From an uncultured Candidatus Saccharibacteria bacterium (lineage in GTDB: Bacteria; Patescibacteriota; WWE3; CAZQFB01): 58,687 bases of DNA. The notes below the pieces were generated by a model. It saw only the letters and a program-made list of their open reading frames with translations. It did not search any database and had not been told where the DNA came from. The first letter of the stretch is position 1. Every line of letters starts with the position of its first letter. The stretch is taken from positions 1 through 58,687 of the forward strand of contig CAZQFB010000005.1 in assembly GCA_964592525.1 (NCBI GenBank), read 5' to 3'. A program made the position numbers and the translations under genes. Of the stretch, positions 1-8,672 are shown one piece after another.

Positions 1-62
1 ATATAGCAATAAGACGCTTACAACAAGAAGCAAAAATGAATCAATCAAGTTTATTAAAATAG
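1..62 (+). CDS. 3' end of a gene entering the window; probable site-specific (N4/N6) DNA methyltransferase C-terminus
   Basis: Frame from nt 3 reads IAIRRLQQEAKMNQSSLLK* (TAG 60-62). This resembles the (Y/F)xxIAxxRL helix ending beta-class MTases. It lies 4 nt upstream of an HNH nuclease. Only 19 codons are visible. Confidence 0.45.
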   Translation, partial: IAIRRLQQEAKMNQSSLLK

Positions 63-66
63 TTTT

Positions 67-660
67 ATGAAAAAGAATAACAACAATTTGGTCCAAAAGG
101 ATTTACTCATTGAGTTTTTCAAGAAAAATCCAAACAGAGATATTAAGCACCCCGAAGTCGTTGACTGGGTAGTTTCTACCTACAAGAAAAGAACGGGGAA
201 AGTTTTTCGCGATCCCGACAGGGCAATCCGTCAATTATCTCAAAGCGGGTTTTTGATAAAAATTGCGAAAGGGATTTACAAGTATGACCCTGACAAAGCA
301 TATAAAAGAGAGCTGGAAGATTTTACGGCCGCACAAAAGGAAGCAATTCTTAAAAGAGATGGCTACAAATGCGTAATTTGCGGACGAGGTAGGAAAGACG
401 GCGTTGACTTACACATTGACCATATCAAGCCAAAAGATTTTGGCGGCGAGGCCACTATTGAAAACGGCCAAACTTTATGCTCGCAACATAATTTCATTAA
501 AAAGAATTTGAAGCAAACCGAAACGGGCAAGAAAATGTTTATTCGTCTTTATGAATTGGCCAAAGCAGAAAAGAACGCTGAATTATTAAAATTTTGTACT
601 GATGTTTTGGAAACTTACGAAAAGCATAATATAAATGGGCATATTGTTTGGGAAAAATAA
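67..660 (+). CDS. HNH endonuclease with N-terminal HTH-like domain; putative restriction endonuclease
   Basis: RDGYKCVICG...LHIDHIKPKDFGGEATIENGQTLCSQHN is a canonical zinc-binding HNH motif. It follows the putative MTase end. Confidence 0.85.
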   Translation: MKKNNNNLVQKDLLIEFFKKNPNRDIKHPEVVDWVVSTYKKRTGKVFRDPDRAIRQLSQSGFLIKIAKGIYKYDPDKAYKRELEDFTAAQKEAILKRDGYKCVICGRGRKDGVDLHIDHIKPKDFGGEATIENGQTLCSQHNFIKKNLKQTETGKKMFIRLYELAKAEKNAELLKFCTDVLETYEKHNINGHIVWEK

Positions 661-663
661 TCT

Positions 664-849
664 ATGAAAAAGAAGGTTTCAAAAAAACAGAAGGTAGAAA
701 AACTTCTAAAATTGTATAAAAAATATAAAACTTTCAAAGAAGTTTCTGATTCGGTAACCAAAAAGAAATTGCCGCCTCTTACTTTGGACCAACAAATTGA
801 AAGTATAAATCCCTATTATATAAGAAGTGAAACCATAAAATATGGCTGA
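664..849 (+). CDS. small basic hypothetical protein (61 aa)
   Basis: Starts 3 nt after the HNH stop and overlaps the next start by 8 nt, which is operon-like packing. No family recognised. Confidence 0.55.
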   Translation: MKKKVSKKQKVEKLLKLYKKYKTFKEVSDSVTKKKLPPLTLDQQIESINPYYIRSETIKYG

Positions 850-1873
850 AGAAAAAGATAATATAAAAGAACCAGAGGTTTTGCCCTTACCGCAGGCACA
901 ACCCCAACAAAAACAAGTTAGCTCTTTTGAAGAGCCGTATTTTAATGTTTTAGAGCGAGAAAGACAGCAAAGCAAGAAAACTTTTGAAAATAGTAGACGA
1001 AATGCACGAGTAGAAAGAATCAAGGCAATTCAAGGGTTTAGAGAATCAAAAGTCATTGTGTATTACTCCATAGACACCCTAACAGGAAATGACGCTGAAA
1101 TTTTATTTGATCTTTTACAAAGCGTTGGGAAACAAAAGAAACTGGATCTATTTTTGTTAAGCCCGGGCGGATATGTTGACCCTGCTTTTAAAATGGCGAA
1201 GATGTGTCGCGATTTTGCGGAAGAAAAATTCGGAATAATTATTCCTCATTATGCAAAAAGTGCAGCAACTTTGCTTTGTCTTGGTAGCGATGAATTAGTA
1301 ATGGGTTCGGCTTCAGAGATTGGGCCGATAGACCCTCAAATTGAGATTATGGATGAATATGGAAGAAAGTTTAATGTTTCTGCAAATTCCGTGGAAGATG
1401 CCTTGGAAGTTATTGAAGAACATTCCAAGGGTGATCCCGCAAAATCGCTTAAATATATGCCGCTTATAGAAAAAATAAATCTTAATACGCTTGGTCAATA
1501 TCGGCGTGCGCTTGATAGTTCAAAGCAATACGCAAAAGATTTGTTAAAAGCAGGAAGTCTTCTAAAAGACAAAAAATCAAAGACTATTACAACCGTCGCC
1601 AATAAACTTGCGACTTCTTATCTTTCTCACGCTTACCCAATTAAAGCCGAAATTGCTGGTGGAGAACTCAAATTCAATATTGTTGACGCAACGCAAAATA
1701 AACAGTTATGGCAAGCAATGTGGCAGTTGCATAAACTTTATGACGCAATGATTAAAGAATCACGAGACGGAAAAACTATGATTACAACAATTTTTGAGGC
1801 AGAAGAATTTATCCTACCAATAACGAAAACCTTAATTCAAGATGAGCAATCTTATGAACAACGAAGAAAATAA
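842..1873 (+). CDS. SDH_sah-family ClpP/SppA-fold serine protease
   Basis: DLFLLSPGG...IIPHYAKSAATLLCLGSDELVMGSASEIGPIDPQ, with downstream SHAYPI. The Ser, Asp and His motifs of the family are present. Confidence 0.85.
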   Translation: MAEEKDNIKEPEVLPLPQAQPQQKQVSSFEEPYFNVLERERQQSKKTFENSRRNARVERIKAIQGFRESKVIVYYSIDTLTGNDAEILFDLLQSVGKQKKLDLFLLSPGGYVDPAFKMAKMCRDFAEEKFGIIIPHYAKSAATLLCLGSDELVMGSASEIGPIDPQIEIMDEYGRKFNVSANSVEDALEVIEEHSKGDPAKSLKYMPLIEKINLNTLGQYRRALDSSKQYAKDLLKAGSLLKDKKSKTITTVANKLATSYLSHAYPIKAEIAGGELKFNIVDATQNKQLWQAMWQLHKLYDAMIKESRDGKTMITTIFEAEEFILPITKTLIQDEQSYEQRRK

Positions 1874-2270
1874 AAAACAGGAGAATAAAACCGAACGACC
1901 AATTTTGCAGTTTTCGGTTTTGTGCGACGGTATCGCTACACCGCAAGAAATGGGGAATAAACCTGTTTTTATTGGAGTGTTCAATAGTTTATTGCGACCG
2001 ATGACTGTCCCACAATTTTTTATTGCCAATCGATGGATAAATGGGACAGGTGAACATACACAAGTGATAAAAATTTTAGACCCGGAATTAAAAGAGCTTG
2101 CGAAAACTAACCCCCAAAAATTTATTTTAGAGTCAAAAGTTAATTCTGCTGATTTGTTTAGCGCATTTGTGAATTTAAATTTTGCGAAAACTGGAGTTTA
2201 TTGGATAAAAGTTGAATTAGACGATAAACTGGCGATGTCATATCCTTTTCCAGTTTTTGAACAGAAATAG
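1842..2270 (+). CDS. DUF6941-like beta-sandwich hypothetical protein
   Basis: FSVLCD...GNKPVFIGVF...GEHTQVIKILDP...F..TGVYWIKVELDD pattern. The start may be at 1854. Confidence 0.55.
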   Translation: MSNLMNNEENKKQENKTERPILQFSVLCDGIATPQEMGNKPVFIGVFNSLLRPMTVPQFFIANRWINGTGEHTQVIKILDPELKELAKTNPQKFILESKVNSADLFSAFVNLNFAKTGVYWIKVELDDKLAMSYPFPVFEQK

Positions 2271-2465
2271 GCGGCGCGCCAACTTTGTTGGCACGAAATT
2301 CGGCGGCGGCGAAAGCGAGGGCGGGGCGGGCATTCATTTCCCCCCAACCCCCTTTTCTGCCCGCCCCGCCCGAGCGTTCTGTTTTGGTTTCTGCCGCGCT
2401 TTGCGCGGCAATCAATCGGGATTTTGTTCAAAAAAGGTTCGCGCTTCGTTCAGTAATTGCGACCA
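2271..2465. repeat. GC-rich multi-hairpin intergenic element (probable island end or REP/MITE-like element)
   Basis: Three perfect inverted repeats: GCCAAC-ttt-GTTGGC (2278-2292), GGGCGGGGCGGGCA-25 nt-TGCCCGCCCCGCCC (2319-2371) and TGCCGCGC-ttt-GCGCGGCA (2392-2410). Confidence 0.7.
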
Positions 2466-2990
2466 ATGAAAGATTTCTTTGATGCCAGCAAAATCGATCC
2501 CAACGAATACCTCGAGCTAGTTGATGAAAATGACGAGGTTGTTGGTCAAGCCCTACGAAAGGATATTTACGAACAAGGGCTTAGTAATTTCCGCATTGCC
2601 AATATCTTTATTTTTAACCAACATGGTGAAATACTCTTACCCACACGTAGTGACAATGTACCCACCCACCAAAACCGATATGATTTCTCCTGCAGTGAGC
2701 ATGTCAAAAGTGGCGAAACCTACAAAGAAGCAGCTCTTCGCGGGCTAAAAGAAGAATTAAATTTATCCGCAGCCGAAGAGGAGCTTGAGGAAATAGCCCA
2801 TTACGCACCACCGCTTACGGAAAATTTTATGAAAATCTTCAGACTGAATATAACCACAGTTATTAAACCCAATCCCGCAGTGGTCAGTAACAGCCACTTT
2901 TATCCCGTGATGGAAATTAAAGCGCTGCTCAAAAAGCACCGGGGGAAGTTTAGACCAGATACTGCTAAGGTTATAAATTTATTACTGTGA
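2466..2990 (+). CDS. NUDIX hydrolase (Idi/YfcD-like)
   Basis: LELVDENDEVVG...IFIFNQHGEILL..RS...HVKSGETYKEAALRGLKEELNL NUDIX box variant. ATG at 2466. Confidence 0.8.
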   Translation: MKDFFDASKIDPNEYLELVDENDEVVGQALRKDIYEQGLSNFRIANIFIFNQHGEILLPTRSDNVPTHQNRYDFSCSEHVKSGETYKEAALRGLKEELNLSAAEEELEEIAHYAPPLTENFMKIFRLNITTVIKPNPAVVSNSHFYPVMEIKALLKKHRGKFRPDTAKVINLLL

Positions 2991-3020
2991 GGAAAACCTC
3001 TCTATAAAAGGAGAAATAAA

Positions 3021-3428
3021 TTAGCGTTTGCTGAATTGGTGTGCACGGCGAGCTTTGTGTAGGTTATATTTCTTACGTTCCTTTTCCCGAGGATCCCGAG
3101 TTAACATGCCCCTTTTCCTTAAGATAAGTTGGTGTTCTTCATTATAAGCAGTAAGGGCTCTAGCCAGAGCTAACTTTATCGCCCCCAACTGACCAAAAAC
3201 ACCCCCACCGGATACTTTGATCGTACCATCAAATTTACCTTCATTAGCCGTGGCTATTAAGGGAGCCAGATAAGCCACTTCAGCATGAGCGGCACCTAAA
3301 AAATATTCTTTGATGGGCTTATTGTTTACTACCAACTCACCCTTACCCGCAAATAACCGAGCTGTAGCTGTTGACCTTTTGCGCCTACCAACTCCTTGGT
3401 AATAAGTGATTGTTTTTTTCCTAGCCAT
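3021..3428 (-). CDS. rpsI: 30S ribosomal protein S9
   Basis: GVGRRKRSTA, LTRDPREKERKK, QFSKR end. Confidence 0.98.
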   Translation of the reverse strand: MARKKTITYYQGVGRRKRSTATARLFAGKGELVVNNKPIKEYFLGAAHAEVAYLAPLIATANEGKFDGTIKVSGGGVFGQLGAIKLALARALTAYNEEHQLILRKRGMLTRDPREKERKKYNLHKARRAHQFSKR

Positions 3429-3431
3429 TTT

Positions 3432-3863
3432 TTATTTAGCCTCCTTAACAAAATGGTTACCATGTGGATGGCTCTCATTGGCATACACTTTTAATCTAGC
3501 TAATCGTTGTGCCCGCAGCCTGTTTTTGGGCAACATGCCAGAAACCGCTTCGCGGATAATTCTTTCCGGCTGCAGTGACCGCACCTCTTCTAACCTTTTT
3601 TCCTTGAACCCCCCAGGATAACCTGAATGGCGATAATATTTTTTATCAATTTCTTTATTACCCGTCACTGCTACTTTTTTAGCATTAAGAACAACGACAA
3701 AATCACCACAATCTAAATTTGGGGAATAATACACTTTATCTTTACCAATTAATAAACGGCTAACATCACTGGACAGCCGTCCCAAAACCTGACCTTGAGC
3801 ATCAAACAAATGCCAGTGTCTTTCAATATCTTTTGCTTTAGCCGAATAAGTACTACTTTTCAT
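3432..3863 (-). CDS. rplM: 50S ribosomal protein L13
   Basis: WHLFDAQGQVLGRLSS, DCGDFVVVLNA, YYRHSGYPGG. Confidence 0.98.
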   Translation of the reverse strand: MKSSTYSAKAKDIERHWHLFDAQGQVLGRLSSDVSRLLIGKDKVYYSPNLDCGDFVVVLNAKKVAVTGNKEIDKKYYRHSGYPGGFKEKRLEEVRSLQPERIIREAVSGMLPKNRLRAQRLARLKVYANESHPHGNHFVKEAK

Positions 3864-4329
3864 TCTTTACTTTCTTACTAAGTGGTGGCTTTTTTGCTTT
3901 GAGGTTAGTGGCTGCAGGAACCTCTTTTTTTGCCAACTGCGCTTTTTTCGTGGTCACAGGCTTAGCTTGGTTAATATCTGCCACAAACTCAAGTCGCGCC
4001 ATTTCTGCCCCATCCGAAAGCCTTTTTCCTAACTTTACTATTCTAGTATAACCTCCCGCTCGGTTAGCAAACTTAGGCGCTATCTGGAGTAAGAGCTTGT
4101 TTGCCAAATCTCGCTGATAAAAAAAAGCTAATAGTGCTCGTCTGGCTGTCAAATCACCCTTTTTTGCCTTAGTAATAATCCTTTCCGCCACTGGTTTAAC
4201 AGCTTTAGCTTTAACCAAAGTGGTTTCAATAGCACCATGCTCAACTAAAGATGACGTCAGATTACGATACAAAGACCGCCGGTGACTTGTAGTTCTATTA
4301 AGCTTTTTAACCTTAAGGCGGTGTCTCAC
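3853..4329 (-). CDS. rplQ: 50S ribosomal protein L17 with basic C-terminal extension
   Basis: MRHRLKVKKLNRTTSHRRSL, GGYTRIVKLG. GTG start. Confidence 0.97.
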   Translation of the reverse strand: MRHRLKVKKLNRTTSHRRSLYRNLTSSLVEHGAIETTLVKAKAVKPVAERIITKAKKGDLTARRALLAFFYQRDLANKLLLQIAPKFANRAGGYTRIVKLGKRLSDGAEMARLEFVADINQAKPVTTKKAQLAKKEVPAATNLKAKKPPLSKKVKNEK

Positions 4330-4343
4330 AACTTATCTCCTGG

Positions 4344-5300
4344 CTACTTCCAGTTTTCCTTTTTAATAAGTTCGTTAATTTGTTTAATAGAAGTTTCGCC
4401 CAAACCTCTAATGTTTAAGATTTCCTCTTCCGACAAACTGATTAAATCACCCAGCGTGTTTATTTTTGATTTCTTGAGGCTGTTAATAGTTCTAAGAGGT
4501 AAATCTAAATCTTCAACAGGTATACCAAAATCTTTGTCGCTTAGAGCTAATTCTTCTTGACTTGAACTCACAACCACAACCCTCTCCGGCAGTTTATCAT
4601 CAGTTACTGTTTGACCACTAATCCGGGCAAAGTAAGATACCAGCAAAGAAGATGCTTCGTTTAGAACTTCGCGAGGAGAAATAGAACCATCTGTTTTGAT
4701 CCTTAAGACCAGTTTATTGAGGTCAGTAGTTTCTCCCACACGAGTTTCCTCAACCTCATAAGAGACATGCACTACTGGTGAAAATATACTATCCACGGGC
4801 AAAACACCGATTTTAGGCTGCTCTAGCGCTTCCCGCGCCACATAACCATAGCCAGGCTCAACTAGTACTTGCGCACTAACCTTGGCTTTCTTGGTCGTTA
4901 GAGAGGCTAAATACTGATTGGGATTAATGATCTCCACCGAAGGATTAGGCGTAAAATCACCAGCAGTTACTTCTTTAATCCCCGAAGCTTCTAACTTTAA
5001 CACTACTGGTTTATCACCGTGCAAACGTACTCTAACTTTTTTAATATTAAGAACAAAACGTATAATATCCTCTTTCATACCCTCAACCGTTGCAAATTGG
5101 TGTGGCACCCCATCCATTCGTAACTCGGAAATAGCTGCTCCTTTAATTGACGATAAGAGCACTCGGCGTAACACATTACCTAAAGTGTAACCAAAACCAG
5201 TGGGGAGGGGGGACAGCGCAAAAACAGCTTCATTACCTAACTCACTCACAGTAGTAACGGAATAATCCATAAACCTTTTTATATTAGTATTATCATTCAT
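4344..5300 (-). CDS. rpoA: RNA polymerase alpha subunit
   Basis: PLPTGFGYTLGNVLRRVLLSS, DSIFSPV, C-terminal alpha-CTD. AAGGAG RBS. Confidence 0.98.
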   Translation of the reverse strand: MNDNTNIKRFMDYSVTTVSELGNEAVFALSPLPTGFGYTLGNVLRRVLLSSIKGAAISELRMDGVPHQFATVEGMKEDIIRFVLNIKKVRVRLHGDKPVVLKLEASGIKEVTAGDFTPNPSVEIINPNQYLASLTTKKAKVSAQVLVEPGYGYVAREALEQPKIGVLPVDSIFSPVVHVSYEVEETRVGETTDLNKLVLRIKTDGSISPREVLNEASSLLVSYFARISGQTVTDDKLPERVVVVSSSQEELALSDKDFGIPVEDLDLPLRTINSLKKSKINTLGDLISLSEEEILNIRGLGETSIKQINELIKKENWK

Positions 5301-5314
5301 TTCTTTACTCCTTA

Positions 5315-5914
5315 TTATCGCGAATAATACTCAACGATTAACTGTTCTTCAACAGGCTCCGTAATATCTTCTCTTTCCGGAAGACGGTTTACTTTAGCCT
5401 GCTTATTTTTCTTATCATACACTAACCAAGTAGGTTCTCGATCCTCTCGCACTAAGGTGATTTTTTCATCCGCAAATGATAACACATCTCCCACAGATAG
5501 TCTGATTGAAGGTGTTGTCACCAATTTACCGTTAAGCAAAATCTTTTTTTGTTGAATCATCTTACGCGAGTGCGCCCGAGAATGAGCTACACCTAAACGA
5601 AATAAGACATTGTCTAAGCGAGTTTCTAAAATTTGTAATAACTTTTCCCCGGACATTAAAGCATGTTTTTCAGCTTCCCGATAATATTTACGGAACTGGG
5701 CTTCCATAACACCATAGATTCGTTTCGCTTTTTGTTTTTCTCTAAGCTGTCGTCCATACGGCGACAACTGACGGTGGCTGTTGGCATGCTGACCAGGAGA
5801 TTGTTGACGCCTTAGTAGTGCACATTTAGTACCTTCGCAACGAGTACCCTTCAAAAAAAGGGGCACACCTTCCCGGCGACACAAACGACACTTGGGTCCA
5901 ATGTAACGAGCCAT
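5315..5914 (-). CDS. rpsD: 30S ribosomal protein S4 (Zn-binding form)
   Basis: MARYIGPKCRLCRREG, LETRLDN, IVEYYSR. Confidence 0.98.
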   Translation of the reverse strand: MARYIGPKCRLCRREGVPLFLKGTRCEGTKCALLRRQQSPGQHANSHRQLSPYGRQLREKQKAKRIYGVMEAQFRKYYREAEKHALMSGEKLLQILETRLDNVLFRLGVAHSRAHSRKMIQQKKILLNGKLVTTPSIRLSVGDVLSFADEKITLVREDREPTWLVYDKKNKQAKVNRLPEREDITEPVEEQLIVEYYSR

Positions 5915-5916
5915 AA

Positions 5917-6294
5917 TTAAACCTTTCTCCTATTCTTTTTACGACAACCATTATGGGGTATGGGAGTAATATCGGACAGAGAGATGATACCCAGCCCAGC
6001 TGCCTTGAGTGCCTTAACCGCAGCATCTCTACCACTACCTGGTCCCTTAATATAAACCGATACACGACGCATACCTAACTCATACACTTGCTTAGCCACT
6101 TCAGCAGCTGTCAACGTAGCCGCATAAGGCGTTGATTTACGAGAACCCTTAAAACCAGTAATACCGCAGCTTTTAGTACAAACAGTATTCCCTTCAAGAT
6201 CCGTTACGGTCACAATAGTATTATTAAAAGACGAGGTCACAATAGCCTTACCCACCTCCGGAACACTTACATTTCGTTTCTTTTTAATCGCCAT
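5917..6294 (-). CDS. rpsK: 30S ribosomal protein S11
   Basis: SFNNTIVT, GFKGSRKSTPYAA, DITPIPHNGCR. Confidence 0.98.
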   Translation of the reverse strand: MAIKKKRNVSVPEVGKAIVTSSFNNTIVTVTDLEGNTVCTKSCGITGFKGSRKSTPYAATLTAAEVAKQVYELGMRRVSVYIKGPGSGRDAAVKALKAAGLGIISLSDITPIPHNGCRKKNRRKV

Positions 6295-6642
6295 TTACTT
6301 ACGCTTTCCTTTCCTAGTCCGAGCATTAGTTCTCGTCCGTTGCCCCCGAGAAGGCAATCCTTTCATATGCCGACTACCTCGATACGATTTAATATCACGT
6401 AATCTTTTAATATTGGCGCTAATCGTTTTTCTTAATTCACCTTCAACCACAAACTTTCCTTCAAGCGCGGAGCGCAACTTCGCTAAATCATCAGCCGTTA
6501 AATCCTTTGCTCTAATATCGGGAGAGATCTGACAAATAACTAATATTTTTTGAGCTGTTTTTTGACCCACACCATAAATATAAGTGAGGGCAATTTCTAT
6601 TCTTTTATTATCAGGTATATCAACTCCAGCAACACGTGCCAT
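6295..6642 (-). CDS. rpsM: 30S ribosomal protein S13
   Basis: [28 protein letters not shown]. Confidence 0.98.
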   Translation of the reverse strand: MARVAGVDIPDNKRIEIALTYIYGVGQKTAQKILVICQISPDIRAKDLTADDLAKLRSALEGKFVVEGELRKTISANIKRLRDIKSYRGSRHMKGLPSRGQRTRTNARTRKGKRK

Positions 6643-6651
6643 ATTTTTCCT

Positions 6652-6795
6652 TTAACCTTGCCTTTGACGATGTTTGGGGTTATCACAGATAACTCTTAGA
6701 ACCTTGCCACCTTTTCGACCCCTACCCTTACTACGGTGTACAATTTTGCAGGTTTTACACTTTTTATATACTTTGACTGATGCTTTAACTTTCAT
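6652..6795 (-). CDS. rpmJ: 50S ribosomal protein L36 (47 aa, with internal insertion); absent from the ORF track
   Basis: Hand translation: [47 protein letters not shown]. Canonical position between infA and rpsM. Confidence 0.95.
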   Translation of the reverse strand: MKVKASVKVYKKCKTCKIVHRSKGRGRKGGKVLRVICDNPKHRQRQG

Positions 6796-7072
6796 TTTTT
6801 TCCTCAACTGCTACTGTCTCTTCTTCTGTTTTCAACTCACCGATCATACTTTTGGGGCTGTGTCGGTAAATGATACGCCCTCGGGATTCGTCGTAAGGTG
6901 TCATCAATACGGTCACTTCATCCCCTGCCAGTATCCTTATGCGAAAACGACGCATCTTACCCGATATCGTCGCAATAATTAAACGACCATCCGCCAGCTC
7001 CACCCTAAACATGGCATTCGGTAAAGCCTCCACAACCACACCACCAATTTCCACTTCGCCTTGTTTAATCAT
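6785..7072 (-). CDS. infA: translation initiation factor IF-1 with acidic C-terminal tail
   Basis: [39 protein letters not shown]. Confidence 0.97.
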   Translation of the reverse strand: MIKQGEVEIGGVVVEALPNAMFRVELADGRLIIATISGKMRRFRIRILAGDEVTVLMTPYDESRGRIIYRHSPKSMIGELKTEEETVAVEEKNES

Positions 7073-7820
7073 CTTTTGTCAATACTATGGGGTCTTTATT
7101 AGTAACCACCAAAGAGTGCTCAAATAGCGCTGCCATACTACCATCTCTGGTACTTATTGTCCACCGATCTTTTGGATCAACAACTATGGGGCTTTTTCCT
7201 TGCATGTAAATTACTTCAATAGCAAGCGCCTGATGATCTAATAAAGGTAGGTTATCACTAGACGGGTCGGGAAAACCAGGAATCTGTGGGTCCTCATGCA
7301 ATTCTCGCCCAATACCATGACCAACCAGATCCTTGGATACGTTATAGCCAGAGCCTTCTACAATATTGGTAATGGTACGCGAGATATCACCAACAAAATT
7401 ACCTACGCGTGCTACCGAAATAGCTTGGTAAAGAGCCTTTTCTCCCACAGCTAAAAAATTGGCCGTTTCAGCAGTTGTTTTTCCACCAACCACACTAGTC
7501 CAAGCCGAATCCGTATGAAAACCTTGATAAATTACCCCTAAATCAATGCTAAGAACATCCCCCGCAGACAAAGAGTACCCTGAAGGTACGCCATGAACAA
7601 CACCACTATTAACGTTAATACATGTTGCGTAAGGGTACCCGGATACAGTGGTAAAAGAGGGTTTTGCCCCTAATGAAGCGATTATCTCCTGGGCACGATG
7701 TTCTAAGTCAGATAGCTTGGTACCAACCTTAGCCTCTTTAAAAAGAGTGCTAATAGTCTTAGCGGTAATCTGTCCCCCCTTTCTTAACACTACAAGATCA
7801 GCTTTTGTTACCACACTCAT
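7065..7820 (-). CDS. map: type I methionine aminopeptidase
   Basis: [36 protein letters not shown]. Confidence 0.97.
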   Translation of the reverse strand: MSVVTKADLVVLRKGGQITAKTISTLFKEAKVGTKLSDLEHRAQEIIASLGAKPSFTTVSGYPYATCINVNSGVVHGVPSGYSLSAGDVLSIDLGVIYQGFHTDSAWTSVVGGKTTAETANFLAVGEKALYQAISVARVGNFVGDISRTITNIVEGSGYNVSKDLVGHGIGRELHEDPQIPGFPDPSSDNLPLLDHQALAIEVIYMQGKSPIVVDPKDRWTISTRDGSMAALFEHSLVVTNKDPIVLTKDD

Positions 7821-7821
7821 T

Positions 7822-8409
7822 TCACAAACCCAACTTTCGTTTTATTTCTTCTTGAACAGCTATAATCGGCTGTTCATTATTAATCGTGATTAACAACCCA
7901 CACTTATCGTATTCGGCAATCACCGGGTCAACCGATTGGTGGTATTGCCGTAAGCGTTCCTTGGCTGTATCAGACAAATCATCCTCCCGCACAGTTCCTT
8001 TTTCTCTGTCTTCCGTTATTCTTTGCGTTATTCTAGCCAAACAGCTTTCATCACTGGTTTTAAGATGTAACACCGCTTTCAACAGAAAGTTCTTTTGCGC
8101 TAACAAAGAGGTAAGTAGGTGCGCTTGGTTTATGGTGCGCGGAAAACCAGTAAAGATCACACCTTTATCTTCTGGCAAACCCTCCAAATATTTCTGGATT
8201 AGAGAGAAAACCAGGTCATCTGGCACCCACTTCCCTTCCTTGACATAACCAGACACCTCCCCAGCCAACTCACCCCGATTTCTAATTTCTGCTCTAAATA
8301 ATTCCCCAGTAGAAACAACCAAAAAGTCACCCAAAGCTTCAGCTAAATAGTTGGCTTGGGTATCTTTCCCACTACCTGATGGACCCAGAATAATATAAGC
8401 ACCACTCAT
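7822..8409 (-). CDS. adk: adenylate kinase (short-LID type)
   Basis: GPSGSGKDTQA P-loop, STGELFR, GFPRTINQA, REDD. Confidence 0.93.
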   Translation of the reverse strand: MSGAYIILGPSGSGKDTQANYLAEALGDFLVVSTGELFRAEIRNRGELAGEVSGYVKEGKWVPDDLVFSLIQKYLEGLPEDKGVIFTGFPRTINQAHLLTSLLAQKNFLLKAVLHLKTSDESCLARITQRITEDREKGTVREDDLSDTAKERLRQYHQSVDPVIAEYDKCGLLITINNEQPIIAVQEEIKRKLGL

Positions 8410-8410
8410 C

Positions 8411-8653
8411 TTAAAAACTAAACTCCCCCATTATTCCCTTAAGTTTTTTAGCTTGAGTCTTAAGTACCTCTTTTAATGCTTTGTCCAGGGCTTTTCTTAA
8501 ACGTTCATCTTTTTCGCCATCAACGGAAACCGCTAATACTTTATAATCCGCTCGGATTTTTAGTCTCACTCCTTCAGTCTCAACCTCGATAACTTCCTCT
8601 TGCAAAGCTTTTCTAGCAGCAAGAGCCTGTTTAATTTTATTTTTATCAAACAT
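8411..8653 (-). CDS. YbaB/EbfC-like nucleoid-associated protein
   Basis: Helix, then beta-strands (VEVETEGVRLKIRAD.KVLAVSVDG), then helix: the YbaB-like layout. 80 aa. Confidence 0.6.
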   Translation of the reverse strand: MFDKNKIKQALAARKALQEEVIEVETEGVRLKIRADYKVLAVSVDGEKDERLRKALDKALKEVLKTQAKKLKGIMGEFSF

Positions 8654-8672
8654 ATTTTAGATACCTCCTTTT

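Noticed and set aside
706-1023. 105-aa minus-strand ORF
   Set aside because: Antisense shadow of the small ORF and protease genes; no motif.
2455-2465. GCGACCA as a tRNA 3'-end attachment site
   Set aside because: No T-arm (GTTCRA) or cloverleaf precedes it, so I cannot support an att call from 7 nt.
2158-2482. Four overlapping 65-85-aa ORFs across the GC-rich element
   Set aside because: They arise from stop-poor GC-rich palindromic DNA. They conflict with each other and have no recognisable features.
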